NCBI GenBank assembly: GCA_966243015.1
Contig: CBIMES010000001.1
Location: forward strand, 214,837 to 278,836
Direction of reading: 5' to 3'
From: an uncultured bacterium
GTDB taxonomy: Bacteria > Patescibacteriota > Minisyncoccia > Phycocordibacterales > UBA6065
Length of the DNA stretch: 64,000 bases
How positions within the stretch are numbered: position 1 is the stretch's first letter; every line of letters starts with the position of its first letter. Below, in pieces: positions 53,701 through 63,486 of the stretch. The notes under the pieces were generated by a model that had not been told where the DNA came from, made no database searches, and worked only from the letters and a program-made list of their open reading frames with translations. A program made the position numbers and the translations under genes.

Positions 53701-54678
53701 CTAGAGTCTTACTCCCACCGCCTTCCGCACTATCTCCATGGTCTCCCCCGCCCTCTTCGCCGCCTTCTTTCCGCCCTTGGCGAGGATCTTGAGGACCTTC
53801 GCGCGGTTCTTGGCCAGCTTCTCGCGCCTTTCGCGGAGCGGCCTGATGAAGTTCTGCGCGTCGGCGACGAGCGCCTCTTTAAGGTCCTTGTATCTGCCCG
53901 CCTTCTCGGCATAGAGCTGGTCGAGGTACGCCTTGTCGCGGAAGAGCTCGTGTATCGCGCGCACGTTAACAGGAACAGACGGCGTGCCGTCGGCGTTCTT
54001 GCCGGAATCGGTGACGATGGACATGACGGCCTTCTTGATCTCCTCGTCCGAGGCGAAGAGTGGAATGGTGTTGCCGTACGACTTGGACATCTTGCGTCCG
54101 TCGGTGCCCGGAACAGTCTTTACGCTCTCGACGATGAGGTCGTTCGGGAGCTTGAAGGTCTCGCCGAAGGTGCCGTTGAACTTCTGGGCGATGTCGCGGG
54201 CGTACTCGATGTGCTGCTTCTGGTCGAGGCCAACGGGAACGACGTCGGTTCCGTAGAGCAGGATGTCTGCGGCCATAAGCACAGGATAGTTGAAGGTGCC
54301 GACGTTGATCTCCTTGTCCTTGGCCTCCGCGTCCTTGAAGGCGTGCGCCCTCATGAGGTACGGCATGGTGACGAGGGTGTCGAAGACCCAGCAGAGCTCG
54401 GTGTGCGCGGGCACGTCAGACTGCTTGAAGATGACGGCCTTCTTTGGGTCGAGGCCAATCGCCATGTAGTCGAGGGCGAGATCGACGATATGCTCGCGCA
54501 TTTGCGCGGCGTTCTGAATGAGATTGAGCGCGTGATAGTCTGCGATCATGACGTAGCACTGATAGTCGCCGGTGTTGAGGAGGTCGACGAACTGCTTCAT
54601 TGCCCCGAAGTAGTTGCCGATGTGCGGGCGGCCGGTCGGCTTCACGCCCGAAAGGAGGGTTTTCTGTGGCTTGGACAT
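53701..54678 (-). CDS. trpS: tryptophan--tRNA ligase
   Basis: …LLSGVKPTGRPHIGNYFGA… (HIGH-type) and KMSKS motifs. 325 aa. Confidence 0.9.
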   Translation of the reverse strand: MSKPQKTLLSGVKPTGRPHIGNYFGAMKQFVDLLNTGDYQCYVMIADYHALNLIQNAAQMREHIVDLALDYMAIGLDPKKAVIFKQSDVPAHTELCWVFDTLVTMPYLMRAHAFKDAEAKDKEINVGTFNYPVLMAADILLYGTDVVPVGLDQKQHIEYARDIAQKFNGTFGETFKLPNDLIVESVKTVPGTDGRKMSKSYGNTIPLFASDEEIKKAVMSIVTDSGKNADGTPSVPVNVRAIHELFRDKAYLDQLYAEKAGRYKDLKEALVADAQNFIRPLRERREKLAKNRAKVLKILAKGGKKAAKRAGETMEIVRKAVGVRL

Positions 54679-54763
54679 GACAAAAGAGTATCAGAGTTCA
54701 CGGCAATAAAAAAGAGCGCCGCTTTGACGGCGCTCTCGCTCTAACTTCGCGTGAAGGGTGTGC

Positions 54764-56215
54764 CTAGACGACGGTTTCGCCCTGATCCCGGAGGGCTGAC
54801 CAGTATCCCGGCTTTATCTTTCGGGGACCATAGCTCTCTCTGTTGAGGATTGCCACGTGGTACCCCTTCTCCATGCGCATGATGTCCTCGACGCGTCTCG
54901 CCTTATCGGGATAGGCCTCGCTCCAGGGCATTTCCTTGCCACCCACGGACACGTTCCAGTTTCCCGTCTTGCTCTTTGTGGCCGAGGGCCAGGCGTAGAT
55001 GAGGCCACAGAGCCTCGCGTTGCCCATCGTCGACAGGCGCACGTGGCACTGGGCTTCCTCGAGGGTCCTGAAGAAGTGAGTCTCTCCGTTTGCGCTGTGG
55101 TGAAACAGCCCGTCACGGAATCCCGTCTCTTCCTCAACCTTGTCCCAGATGATGTTGTCGATACCCCTTTCGCCGAAGAAGTCCTCGGGCGATATGTGGC
55201 CTCGATCCATCATGATCTTGATGAGTCGAACCGCCAGCATATACTCCACGTGCCGTGTCTGGCGGTGGTAGTAGAGGAGCTTGAACAGAAGGGCTCTTGC
55301 CAGAAGGAACTTGTGCAGGGCCTCGTGGTTGTCGATAACAATCGTATCGTTCTTCCCTCGCCTGACTGATTCCCAGACGCAGAATGCGTTTGGGTTGTCG
55401 GCGATGAAGACCAGCTCCTGCTCGAGAAGACGGTCGGATTCCTCTTCGTAGAACGAATAGTCCTTGGCGTGATACCCGTAGAGCATATGGAGGTCTCGCG
55501 ACACATACGCCACGGTGTCAGCAAGGTCTCGGATCGAGCACAGGATTCCGTCCTTCTCTTGGTCGATGCGGATTGGTTCCCGTGGGTCGATCCCGACTTC
55601 CGAGCACAGGTGTGTCCAGCGCTCGTCTTCGAGAAGCCTCGAGAGCATCTCGTCCTCGTCATATCTCTTCCTGTCGACGAACTTCATGAGGTCGCCACAG
55701 GCCGAGGTGAACATGTCGTGAACGAGAAGGCCCAGGCGCAATGCCATGAAGTCCCTGCCCTTTACGCCCAGATTGTGGGCGATGATCATACCGATTGCAT
55801 ACACGTCGTAGGTGTGCAGCAGTCGGTTGTGGTCAAACCCGAACGAGCTCTGACTGTGACCCTCGTCCTGTCTGACTGCGGGCGAGAGGAGGGCAAGCTG
55901 CCGAATCTCTCGAAGCCTTATCAGGCCCAGGACCCAGCCAAGCTGGTGCGCCAGGCCATTTACCGACTCAAACCAGGCTATGCCGCCGCTGTAGGGTATC
56001 CAGCATCTGCCGAGAACCGAATCGTCGTCGGTCACGTAGGCGCTTGGGCTTGAGTCGAGGGCGAAATCGCCCAAAGCGACTGCCCGTCTTTGAATGAGGG
56101 TGCGGGTGATCCGCTCCTCGGGACCGACGTCTTTGCCGATTCCGTTCCTGCGAATGGCCGCCTCTGCGTTTAGAAGGTCGGCGCGTGAGAATCTGTCATC
56201 TATGTTGGTGTTCAT
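54764..56215 (-). CDS. HD-domain metal-dependent phosphohydrolase family protein (483 aa)
   Basis: H…HD signature (…FDHNRLLHTYDVYAIGMIIAHNLG…LVHDMFTSACGD…). Internal Met start (MNTNIDDRF…). Confidence 0.65.
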   Translation of the reverse strand: MNTNIDDRFSRADLLNAEAAIRRNGIGKDVGPEERITRTLIQRRAVALGDFALDSSPSAYVTDDDSVLGRCWIPYSGGIAWFESVNGLAHQLGWVLGLIRLREIRQLALLSPAVRQDEGHSQSSFGFDHNRLLHTYDVYAIGMIIAHNLGVKGRDFMALRLGLLVHDMFTSACGDLMKFVDRKRYDEDEMLSRLLEDERWTHLCSEVGIDPREPIRIDQEKDGILCSIRDLADTVAYVSRDLHMLYGYHAKDYSFYEEESDRLLEQELVFIADNPNAFCVWESVRRGKNDTIVIDNHEALHKFLLARALLFKLLYYHRQTRHVEYMLAVRLIKIMMDRGHISPEDFFGERGIDNIIWDKVEEETGFRDGLFHHSANGETHFFRTLEEAQCHVRLSTMGNARLCGLIYAWPSATKSKTGNWNVSVGGKEMPWSEAYPDKARRVEDIMRMEKGYHVAILNRESYGPRKIKPGYWSALRDQGETVV

Positions 56216-56259
56216 TCTGAACACCAGACTACTTATTGCATAGTAAAAGTCAATTCTGG

Positions 56260-56655
56260 TCAATGCTTCCCCGCCACCCTAAAATTCACGTACAAATTCA
56301 TGAGGTAATTCCAGACGCCGACCGCGGCGGCGACGAGGATTCTCGACGGCACGTAATGCCAGTCGAGCACTGATACGAAGACTGCCATAAGCCCCGTGAC
56401 GGCAGTGAGCCCGACGCCTGTTATGAGGAGGTAGATCGCGTAGCCGTGATGAACGGGACGCTGGCTTCCTTTGAAGATGAGCGATCGGCTGAGGGCGTAG
56501 TTGATTGTTACCGCAACCAGGAAGGCTACTCCTGCCGAGAATATTGGGTTCCAGTGAAGGAGCTCGGTGAAAAGAGACAGCAGAAGAAGGTCGAAGGCGA
56601 AGGTTCCGACGCCTATGGCTGAGTACGACATAAACCTTCGAACTCCCTTTCGCAT
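56260..56655 (-). CDS. GtrA-family membrane protein (polysaccharide/glycolipid synthesis-associated)
   Basis: 131 aa with 4 TM helices and the GtrA-like pattern (…RFMSYSAIGVGTFAFDLLLLSLFTELL…NYALSRSLIF…). Overlaps the HD gene by 4 nt. Confidence 0.7.
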   Translation of the reverse strand: MRKGVRRFMSYSAIGVGTFAFDLLLLSLFTELLHWNPIFSAGVAFLVAVTINYALSRSLIFKGSQRPVHHGYAIYLLITGVGLTAVTGLMAVFVSVLDWHYVPSRILVAAAVGVWNYLMNLYVNFRVAGKH

Positions 56656-56667
56656 GCCTTGTTGCTT

Positions 56668-59600
56668 TTATCGCCCTATCGTCGCGCGCGTCTTCGGGCC
56701 AAAGTATCCGATGGATGGGGTGATGCCCTTTGACACCTGATACCCAGAAAGCGCCGACTGGGTCGCCAGGCCAAAGTAGAGAGTCTCGAGGCCGGGCGAT
56801 CCCGCGCCGGAGAGGGACACGACGAATCCCCTTTCGTTAAGATATCGCTGAAGAAGGAGCACGCAGTCACCCTTTGAGCCGAGGGTCATGTTTGGGCAGG
56901 ATGCCAAGCCCTCTGTCTCCTGACTCTCGTCAGACACAGGCTTATCTTCACCAAGCAGAACCGAGATAAGGCGCTGAAGAGTCCCTTGGTCAGCGTTCAC
57001 TGTCGCTTGATTTTGTCTCGCCTGTTGCCCTAGGGCGGCAAGATTGGACGCCCTTCGAGCTGCAGAGGTTCCAGAATGAGGAATCGGTCTCTGATTTTCC
57101 TCCTGCTGCGGCGCGGGTGCCGTCGTCACTGACGTGGTATCGGACGGGTCTGACTCACCCATGGCGTTAAACGCCCTGACGTAATATGAGTACTCGGTGC
57201 CGTTGGATAGGCCCGTAATCACGGCCGTTGACGATGACGTCGTGGCCACGAGTGCGTCCGTTCCCGTTTGATACACGCGGTAACCGAGTATCGTGGAGCT
57301 TCCGTTCTGCAAAGGGGTGTCCCACGACAGGCTCGCCGTCAGATCATCGAGCGAAATCTGCGGATTCAAAGGAGCCGATGGAACGGTGATAGAGAGTATT
57401 GCGTCCTCGAGAAGGCTGGCGACACGGTCGTTTCCCGCACCGTTCGGATGAAGGCCGTCAGTGGTTGTGTACCCACTTATAGTGCCCAAGTCTATAAGAT
57501 AAGTCTTGTCCGATGGATTCGACTCCATGTAAGCGTTGAATCCGGACGTTATGTTCGCACGACCCGTGCCGTTGAAGGGTACGTTGAGGTAGATGGCCGT
57601 AGACGTTGATACGGCTGATCGAAGGGAAGTTAGCCAGTTGGTAACCGTCGAGGCGGCAGAGACTCCCCCGTTGGTTCCCATGTTGATGAAAACCATGTCT
57701 GGGTTCGGCAGTATCTTTCCGTCGGTCAGCCTTGACCTTCCCGCCGAGTATAGGCTCCATGCGCTCACGAGTCCGGGAACGTTAGTCAGTCCGCCGCTCG
57801 TCCAGCCCTGCCCGCCGACGGCGGTGTTTCCGAACTCCGCGTCGAGAGCCTCGGCAAGTTGGGTGATATATACGCGTGTGCTGTTGGCGATAAGGGCGCC
57901 AACTCCCGATTGTCCCGTGTTGCCGCTCGAGGTCTGGTCCACCCACTGGCCCTCCGCTATGGAGTCTCCGTAGACGAGCATTCTCCTCGAGCGCACAGGG
58001 AAGGCGTTGAGTTCAGAGCCCTCCTCAAGCACAATACCTGTTATTTTGAGCTGCTGGACCGGTGTATTCCAGCTGTCGTAGTACATGTTTCGCTGGTAGT
58101 AGGCCTCTACGGTGTGGTTACCCTCGCTCAGACTCGAGGCCAAGGTCACGACGCTCGAAGTACCTGTGAGCTGGATCGTCTGGTACTCCCCGCCATCGAT
58201 ACGGTATTTAAGCACGGGGTACGCAATGGCGTTCATTGAAGCCGAGACCTGGGAGGAAACGTCAACCTCTAGCCCGAATCGAGGGCCCGTAAAGCCCACT
58301 TTGAAATAAGCGTTCGAGCCGCCCGCGCTGGTCACAAATCCGTCCCCTTTATACCAGACGTAAGGGCTGAGACCTGTTTCAAACGACGCGTCAGTAACGG
58401 GAAGGGTCACGGTCGCGAAGGGTGTCGCCGATACGACGCTTGATGAGGCGGACGCACCTGCGGCATTTGACGCGGTCACATAGTATGAGTATTCAGTACC
58501 GTTTGAGAGGCTCGGTATTGTTACCGAGGTCACAAGCGTTGTGGTCGCGAGTTCGTTCGACGGATACGAATATACCGAGTAGTGAGTTATTGCTGACCCG
58601 CCAGGGCTGGTCGGCGTGCCCCACGACAAAGCTATTTGCCCGTCACCAGGCGTCGCTGTGGGATTGAGAGGCTCTGAGGGGACCGTGGTAGAAGATGTCG
58701 CTGGGTCAAAAAGTGTTCCCACGCCGCCAATATCGAATTGCATTCCCAAAGGCGATGTTCCCCCGGAAGTCGTGAATCCTCCGATTCCCACGAGTCCACC
58801 GGCCTGGCTGTCGGTTCCCGTGGCTACCGCCATTCTCAGCGTGCTGTCAAAAGACCTTGTGTCTAGATTGAGCCACATGCCCGTAGACACGCGCTTTACG
58901 TACATTGAGTAGTTCGAGCCCGTCACTCCCACGACGATATAGTACTCGCCCGCGGGGAAAGAGAACCCTGTCGTCGCGCTGCTCGATGAGGTTATATAGG
59001 TTGAGCTCGAAAACGGTGTGTACGCCCTTCTCAATCCAACCGATCCCCTCCCTATGTCCACCTCGGCCCATATTCCGCTCGTGCCGGCCGGGTTGGTGCG
59101 AACGATCGGCGAAATGTAGTTGTTGAAGCCAACCGCTGAAGTCGTATCGATGAGCAATCCCACTTCCGTGTCTGATCCCGCGTTTGTCGAATTGTAATAG
59201 CGCAAAGCGCCACCAGTTCCCTGCCGAAGGCTCGATGACGTGGCGAAGAGCGTGTACTCCTGAGCGGTCAATGATTTCGTCCACGAGCTACCGTTCTCGG
59301 CCTGGTGGCTTTGGAGAAGGAACGGGGAACTTTCACTCACGCCCCTTGTGAATTTATCGATGACAATTGGCTCTGTGCTAGAGCGAGGCATCGCCAGAAC
59401 AGGACTCGATGACGCCGATTCTCCAACTGAATTCGTCGCGGTGACGTAGTATGAATAATAAATGCCGTTAGTCAGCCCCGTGAGGCTGATCGACGCGCTG
59501 GTGCTGCTTGCGATGAATGAGTTAGTTGAGCTGCTGTATACAGAGTAATGGGTTATCGTTGATCCCCCGTCTGAAATCGGTGCAAGCCACGAAAGCACCA

Positions 59601-60396
59601 CCTGTCCGTCGCCCGGTGTCGCGACGAGGGAACGAGGACGGGTGCTTGCGGAAAGGAGGGGGTCGGTGAGGGATCCAAGGTCACCAAGATCAATCTGTTT
59701 CGTGAGTGGCGATCCGGTCGAGGTAAAGCCTCCGATTCCTATAAGGTTTCCCGACTGCGTGTCGGTTGCGGAAACCACAGCGATTCGCGACGAACTGTCG
59801 AAGAGTTTGTTTGAGGGATTAAGCCACATGCCCGTCGAAATCTGCTTGACGTACATGTGGTAGGTTGATGAGCTTGCGCCGACAACCACGTAGTAGTCAG
59901 ATGAGGGAAAGGAAAAACCCGTGCTAGTACTCGTGTTGCTTATGTAGTTGAAAGGAGAGTACGCCTGTCGAAGCCGCACCGTGCCGGCCGAGAAATCAAG
60001 CTCGGCCCATATTCCGCTCGTGCCGGCCGAGTTGGTGCGAACGATCGGCGAAATGTAGTTGTTGGATCCGGTCGCCCCGTTTTTGTTCAGCAAAACACCT
60101 ACTTCGATGTCGTTGCTGACGGTCGTGCTGTTATAGTATCTCACCACGCCAGACCCCGACTGCGTGAGGCTCGTGCTGCTGGCGCTCAGTCGATAGTCGG
60201 CGGAACCCGTCGATTTGGTCCAAACCCCTCCGTTGTCAGCTTGGTGACCCTGCAAAGGAAAAGGGGTCGTCTCATTCTCCTGCCTTGTAAATCTATCGAA
60301 GACCACGGTTGAGGCGTGGACCGATGAGCCCGCAAGGAAAAAAGACGAGGATACGAAAAGCGCGGAAAATAGAAATCGTAGCTTGGGTCGATTCAT
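56668..60396 (-). CDS. giant secreted multidomain protein (1242 aa): two ~250-aa duplicated modules each followed by a fibronectin type III domain, an SGNH/GDSL-hydrolase-like domain, a third FN3, and a C-terminal PG_binding_1-like domain
   Basis: Signal peptide MNRPKLRFLFSALFVSSSFFLAGSSVHA. FN3 consensus (…LSWxxPxSxGGSxITHYxVY…NGxxYxYYVxAxNxxGxS) occurs three times. The GDSL block is MLVYGDSIAEGQ and the block V is DGLHPNGAGNDRVA. The C-terminal …CVLLLQRYLNERGF…YFGLATQSALSGYQVSKGI… is PG-binding. Confidence 0.75.
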   Translation of the reverse strand: MNRPKLRFLFSALFVSSSFFLAGSSVHASTVVFDRFTRQENETTPFPLQGHQADNGGVWTKSTGSADYRLSASSTSLTQSGSGVVRYYNSTTVSNDIEVGVLLNKNGATGSNNYISPIVRTNSAGTSGIWAELDFSAGTVRLRQAYSPFNYISNTSTSTGFSFPSSDYYVVVGASSSTYHMYVKQISTGMWLNPSNKLFDSSSRIAVVSATDTQSGNLIGIGGFTSTGSPLTKQIDLGDLGSLTDPLLSASTRPRSLVATPGDGQVVLSWLAPISDGGSTITHYSVYSSSTNSFIASSTSASISLTGLTNGIYYSYYVTATNSVGESASSSPVLAMPRSSTEPIVIDKFTRGVSESSPFLLQSHQAENGSSWTKSLTAQEYTLFATSSSLRQGTGGALRYYNSTNAGSDTEVGLLIDTTSAVGFNNYISPIVRTNPAGTSGIWAEVDIGRGSVGLRRAYTPFSSSTYITSSSSATTGFSFPAGEYYIVVGVTGSNYSMYVKRVSTGMWLNLDTRSFDSTLRMAVATGTDSQAGGLVGIGGFTTSGGTSPLGMQFDIGGVGTLFDPATSSTTVPSEPLNPTATPGDGQIALSWGTPTSPGGSAITHYSVYSYPSNELATTTLVTSVTIPSLSNGTEYSYYVTASNAAGASASSSVVSATPFATVTLPVTDASFETGLSPYVWYKGDGFVTSAGGSNAYFKVGFTGPRFGLEVDVSSQVSASMNAIAYPVLKYRIDGGEYQTIQLTGTSSVVTLASSLSEGNHTVEAYYQRNMYYDSWNTPVQQLKITGIVLEEGSELNAFPVRSRRMLVYGDSIAEGQWVDQTSSGNTGQSGVGALIANSTRVYITQLAEALDAEFGNTAVGGQGWTSGGLTNVPGLVSAWSLYSAGRSRLTDGKILPNPDMVFINMGTNGGVSAASTVTNWLTSLRSAVSTSTAIYLNVPFNGTGRANITSGFNAYMESNPSDKTYLIDLGTISGYTTTDGLHPNGAGNDRVASLLEDAILSITVPSAPLNPQISLDDLTASLSWDTPLQNGSSTILGYRVYQTGTDALVATTSSSTAVITGLSNGTEYSYYVRAFNAMGESDPSDTTSVTTAPAPQQEENQRPIPHSGTSAARRASNLAALGQQARQNQATVNADQGTLQRLISVLLGEDKPVSDESQETEGLASCPNMTLGSKGDCVLLLQRYLNERGFVVSLSGAGSPGLETLYFGLATQSALSGYQVSKGITPSIGYFGPKTRATIGR

Positions 60397-60462
60397 GCAC
60401 GTCTAGTATACCAGAAAGTGTCGTTGGTTTTCTTCGACAGAGTGCCATCGTCGCTCGAAACG

Positions 60463-61617
60463 TCAGGCTCGCGGCGCCTGCTTCGCGGTCACGCTCTCGT
60501 AGAGCCTGAGAAGCTTCCGCGCGATGACCTTGCTCCTGAAGCAGCGGGCGGTCTTTCTCGCCTCATCAGACATTCTCTCTCTCGCGGATCGGTCGCCCAT
60601 GAGCGCGCGTATCTTTTCCTCGGCCTCGCCCTGTGACGACACGACAAACCCGTTTTCGCCGTTCCGTATCGCCTCTGGGGCGACTCCTACGGAGTACACA
60701 ACGGGCACGAGCCCCTGGGACATGGCCTCGATCAGGCTGAGCGAAAAGCCCTCATACCGCGAAGGTATAAAAACGATCGACCCCCTAAGAGACCTGAGCA
60801 GGTTCGGTATCTCGTCCTTCTTTGCGTTTACGTGAATGAGGTGGTTTGGCAGCCGCCTCGTCATCCAGTCCACGAGTTTGCTGTTCGTGGTCATGCAGAT
60901 CGTTACCTTCGGCGCTTCGGGAAATTTCTCGTATATGTCCACCAAGCGATCGCACCCCTTGAGCTTGAGGGTAAAGGCGTCTGAGCCGAGCCTTCCGAGA
61001 AACACGAGCGACGGGTTTTCGACAAAGGCGCCCGGCCTACCCTCGAACCAATAGTCCTCGATGGCATTGTGTATCAGGTGTATTTTGTCTGGGCTCACGC
61101 CCGACGCCGTCAGCTCCGCTCGCACGTTCTCTGAGGTTGCTATGACCGCCTCGGCGCGGCTCGCGACAAAGGTCTCTATCTCAGCAATGTCTCTGAGGGG
61201 CTTTCTGGTGCGTATATTGAGCTCTCGTATCGCGCCCTCTTTCTTGAGTCGGTACCAGACCTGTCTGGGGCCGTCCTCCTCGATTCGCGTCGCGAGGGGC
61301 ACCCTGCTCAGAAATCCCTGTGTCGTCGAGCCGAAATGAGTGACCACGGGAATCTTTTCCTCGAGGAACGGCAGCGGCGTATAGGTCGTGCCCTGAATCA
61401 TGTCGAACTTGCTAATCTGACGCTTTTTCTCGAGAAGCGAGTGGAAGAAGAGGATGTTCTTTATACCCGAGAGTCTCGTGGGCGTGTCGAGCGACATCTC
61501 AGGGTAGAAGTTTTTGGTTTCGACATTCGCCTCCCTCAGTTTGAGGGACATGAGATCGTTTATGTAATGGGCTCCCGTGCCGAGTTTCTTCTCGTTGTGA
61601 ATGAATGCTACTTTCAT
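60463..61617 (-). CDS. glycosyltransferase family 4
   Basis: Internal Met MKVAFIHNEKKLGTGAHY… and the C-terminal …RYEGFSLSLIEAMSQGLVPVV… (GT4 EX7E region). Confidence 0.75.
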   Translation of the reverse strand: MKVAFIHNEKKLGTGAHYINDLMSLKLREANVETKNFYPEMSLDTPTRLSGIKNILFFHSLLEKKRQISKFDMIQGTTYTPLPFLEEKIPVVTHFGSTTQGFLSRVPLATRIEEDGPRQVWYRLKKEGAIRELNIRTRKPLRDIAEIETFVASRAEAVIATSENVRAELTASGVSPDKIHLIHNAIEDYWFEGRPGAFVENPSLVFLGRLGSDAFTLKLKGCDRLVDIYEKFPEAPKVTICMTTNSKLVDWMTRRLPNHLIHVNAKKDEIPNLLRSLRGSIVFIPSRYEGFSLSLIEAMSQGLVPVVYSVGVAPEAIRNGENGFVVSSQGEAEEKIRALMGDRSARERMSDEARKTARCFRSKVIARKLLRLYESVTAKQAPRA

Positions 61618-61688
61618 GAGCACTTTCTGTATTGTGCGCCGTGACAGGAGGTCGCGCGCGTTAGCTGGCAATGGAACCATACTCGCAG

Positions 61689-61707
61689 ATATTGACATGA
61701 TGTCAAT
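61689..61707. promoter_or_regulatory. perfect 9-1-9 palindrome TATTGACATgATGTCAATA (candidate operator containing TTGACA on both strands) in the intergenic region upstream of the GT4 gene
   Basis: Exact inverted repeat. It lies between the stop of the gene at 61732..62445 and the GT4 start. Coordinates approximate. Confidence 0.4.
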
Positions 61708-61731
61708 ACCCTTATGCCCAATCGGGCCAAC

Positions 61732-62445
61732 CTAGCTCTTGCTTAGGTGAAACCTAAGGGTGTAGATCCAATCCTCGTCCTTGTCGTCCGCGACGGTCTT
61801 CTGGTTGAGCAGCCACTCGAGATAACCTTTGTCGGTCTTGGCCACGTCCTCGATCTTCTTGCCCATGTATTTGCCGAAGTTGAAGGCACGGAAGAGCGAG
61901 GGCTTTGACGAGATGTCGATCATCTTGGCGATGGCCGCCTCGTCTGACGCCTCGCCCGCCCTGACCTTGGCGAAGAGCCTCTGGAAGACGGCGTGGAGTA
62001 CGTTCACGTCCCCTTCTGCGTCATGGGCGCTGCCCTCAACATCGAGGTCAAGGTAGTAGCGGAGGTACTGAAGCTTGTACTGAGGGATGACGCCCTCGAC
62101 ATCGAGGTGACGTGCCACGCGGAGGGTGCAGATGAAGCGCGGGACGACGAGCCCATCGTTCTCGAGCATGACTTTGTCGAACTTGGCGTTGTGAGCGACG
62201 AGGACACCGTCTTTGAGAAGTCCCTCGAGCTCTCGGTACATGTCGCTTCCCTTGAAAGCGGGCTTGCCCGCCACCATTTTGTTGGTGATATGGGTGACGC
62301 TCATGGCCTCGACCGAGATGGGCACGGCGGGCTTGAAGTACTCCATGCGGGTGCCGAGCCTGTCGGTGCGATAGCAGACCTGGCAGAGCCGATCCTTCAC
62401 GGGATCGATGCCTGTCGATTCGGTGTCCAAGAAGATGAGTTCCAT
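61732..62445 (-). CDS. DEDDh 3'-5' exonuclease with an ExoX-like C-terminal domain
   Basis: MELIFLDTESTG (Exo I), …VAHNAKFDKVML… (Exo II) and …HDAEGDVNVL… (Exo III). The C-terminal …FNFGKYMGKKIEDVAKTDKGYLEWLL… matches the ExoX C-terminal/DUF3820 pattern. Confidence 0.7.
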   Translation of the reverse strand: MELIFLDTESTGIDPVKDRLCQVCYRTDRLGTRMEYFKPAVPISVEAMSVTHITNKMVAGKPAFKGSDMYRELEGLLKDGVLVAHNAKFDKVMLENDGLVVPRFICTLRVARHLDVEGVIPQYKLQYLRYYLDLDVEGSAHDAEGDVNVLHAVFQRLFAKVRAGEASDEAAIAKMIDISSKPSLFRAFNFGKYMGKKIEDVAKTDKGYLEWLLNQKTVADDKDEDWIYTLRFHLSKS

Positions 62446-62478
62446 GGAAGCTAGTGTACTATGCGAACACCTGTAACC

Positions 62479-62949
62479 CTAGAGAGGATTAGCGATAAAG
62501 CGGAAGGCGTAGTCGGCGTCAGTGATGGTACCCGGGTTTTCTGGGTACGGCGTCACCTCGACGAGAGTGACAGCGTAGCCGCCCGCCGCAAAGTTTGCCG
62601 AAGATTCAACCTCGTGAATTGTCCTGCCGGCTGTCGACTCAACTTGTACCGATGCGCGGATGCGGCCCGCCTGAATACACTGGACGCTCGACGGGCAGCG
62701 ACTGTCTTCGATTACGTCAAGCACGGTAAGGCTCAGTGGTCCGACGACGACGGTCTGATTGAGCTTGGCGACGACTTGGATAAGGTCATCTGCCGTATCT
62801 CCAGAGGTATCGACGATCGGGCTTCCGGAATCGTAGCTTGTGTCCACGCCTCCCTTGGGCCCCTCTGCGGGCGTACGGAAAACGAGAGTGAAGGCAATGA
62901 CGACCGCCATGACGGCGACCGCGCCAATGATGATGTTCCTGGTTTCCAT
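62479..62949 (-). CDS. hypothetical membrane-anchored protein (156 aa)
   Basis: N-terminal TM (IIIGAVAVMAVVIAFTLVF) followed by a soluble domain. No domain recognised. Confidence 0.45.
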   Translation of the reverse strand: METRNIIIGAVAVMAVVIAFTLVFRTPAEGPKGGVDTSYDSGSPIVDTSGDTADDLIQVVAKLNQTVVVGPLSLTVLDVIEDSRCPSSVQCIQAGRIRASVQVESTAGRTIHEVESSANFAAGGYAVTLVEVTPYPENPGTITDADYAFRFIANPL

Positions 62950-62954
62950 GGTTT

Positions 62955-63371
62955 TTATATCTTATGTGGCGCCTCGGCGACCGAGACGATGCCCTCGAAG
63001 TCGTACCGCATCCATCTGTCGGAGCTCAGGGCCATGGCGGGGGTGAAATAGCCGGTGACCGAGACTCTCTCGCCAAGGCGGGGCGGCTCTACGAATGAGC
63101 CCGGTGCGGGCACAAAATCGATGACGTAGTGTTTTCCCTCTTCGGTTTCGATGCCCTCCACACACTCCTCAGTCTGCAGGCCCGACGTATCCCTGTGCGG
63201 AATGCAGACATACGCGCCCACGAGTGACAAGACGGGGCGCCCGTCTGTTGTACGTGCGTTGGTAATAGGCTTCTCTTTCGACGTCTGCACAAGAAAGACA
63301 AGGCCCACCAGAGCCAGGGTCACGAATACTCCGATAAGCAAATTCTTTCGTTTTGATGTGGCCATAAGCAT
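62955..63371 (-). CDS. hypothetical membrane-anchored protein (138 aa)
   Basis: N-terminal TM (LLIGVFVTLALVGLVFLV). Same architecture as the preceding gene. Confidence 0.45.
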   Translation of the reverse strand: MLMATSKRKNLLIGVFVTLALVGLVFLVQTSKEKPITNARTTDGRPVLSLVGAYVCIPHRDTSGLQTEECVEGIETEEGKHYVIDFVPAPGSFVEPPRLGERVSVTGYFTPAMALSSDRWMRYDFEGIVSVAEAPHKI

Positions 63372-63486
63372 GTCTACATGATATCACCGCTCGACACCGA
63401 CTGAAAACTATTTCATAGGTCTTATCAACATATTGACCTTTGCGAAGCGACGGGTGTACTCTCGAACGGTAACACTGTTCTCTCCT

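Noticed and set aside
53154-53792. 212-aa plus-strand ORF
   Set aside because: It crosses two terminators and overlaps trpS and the better-supported minus-strand ORF 53277..53600. The Pro/Ser-rich C-terminus is antisense to trpS.
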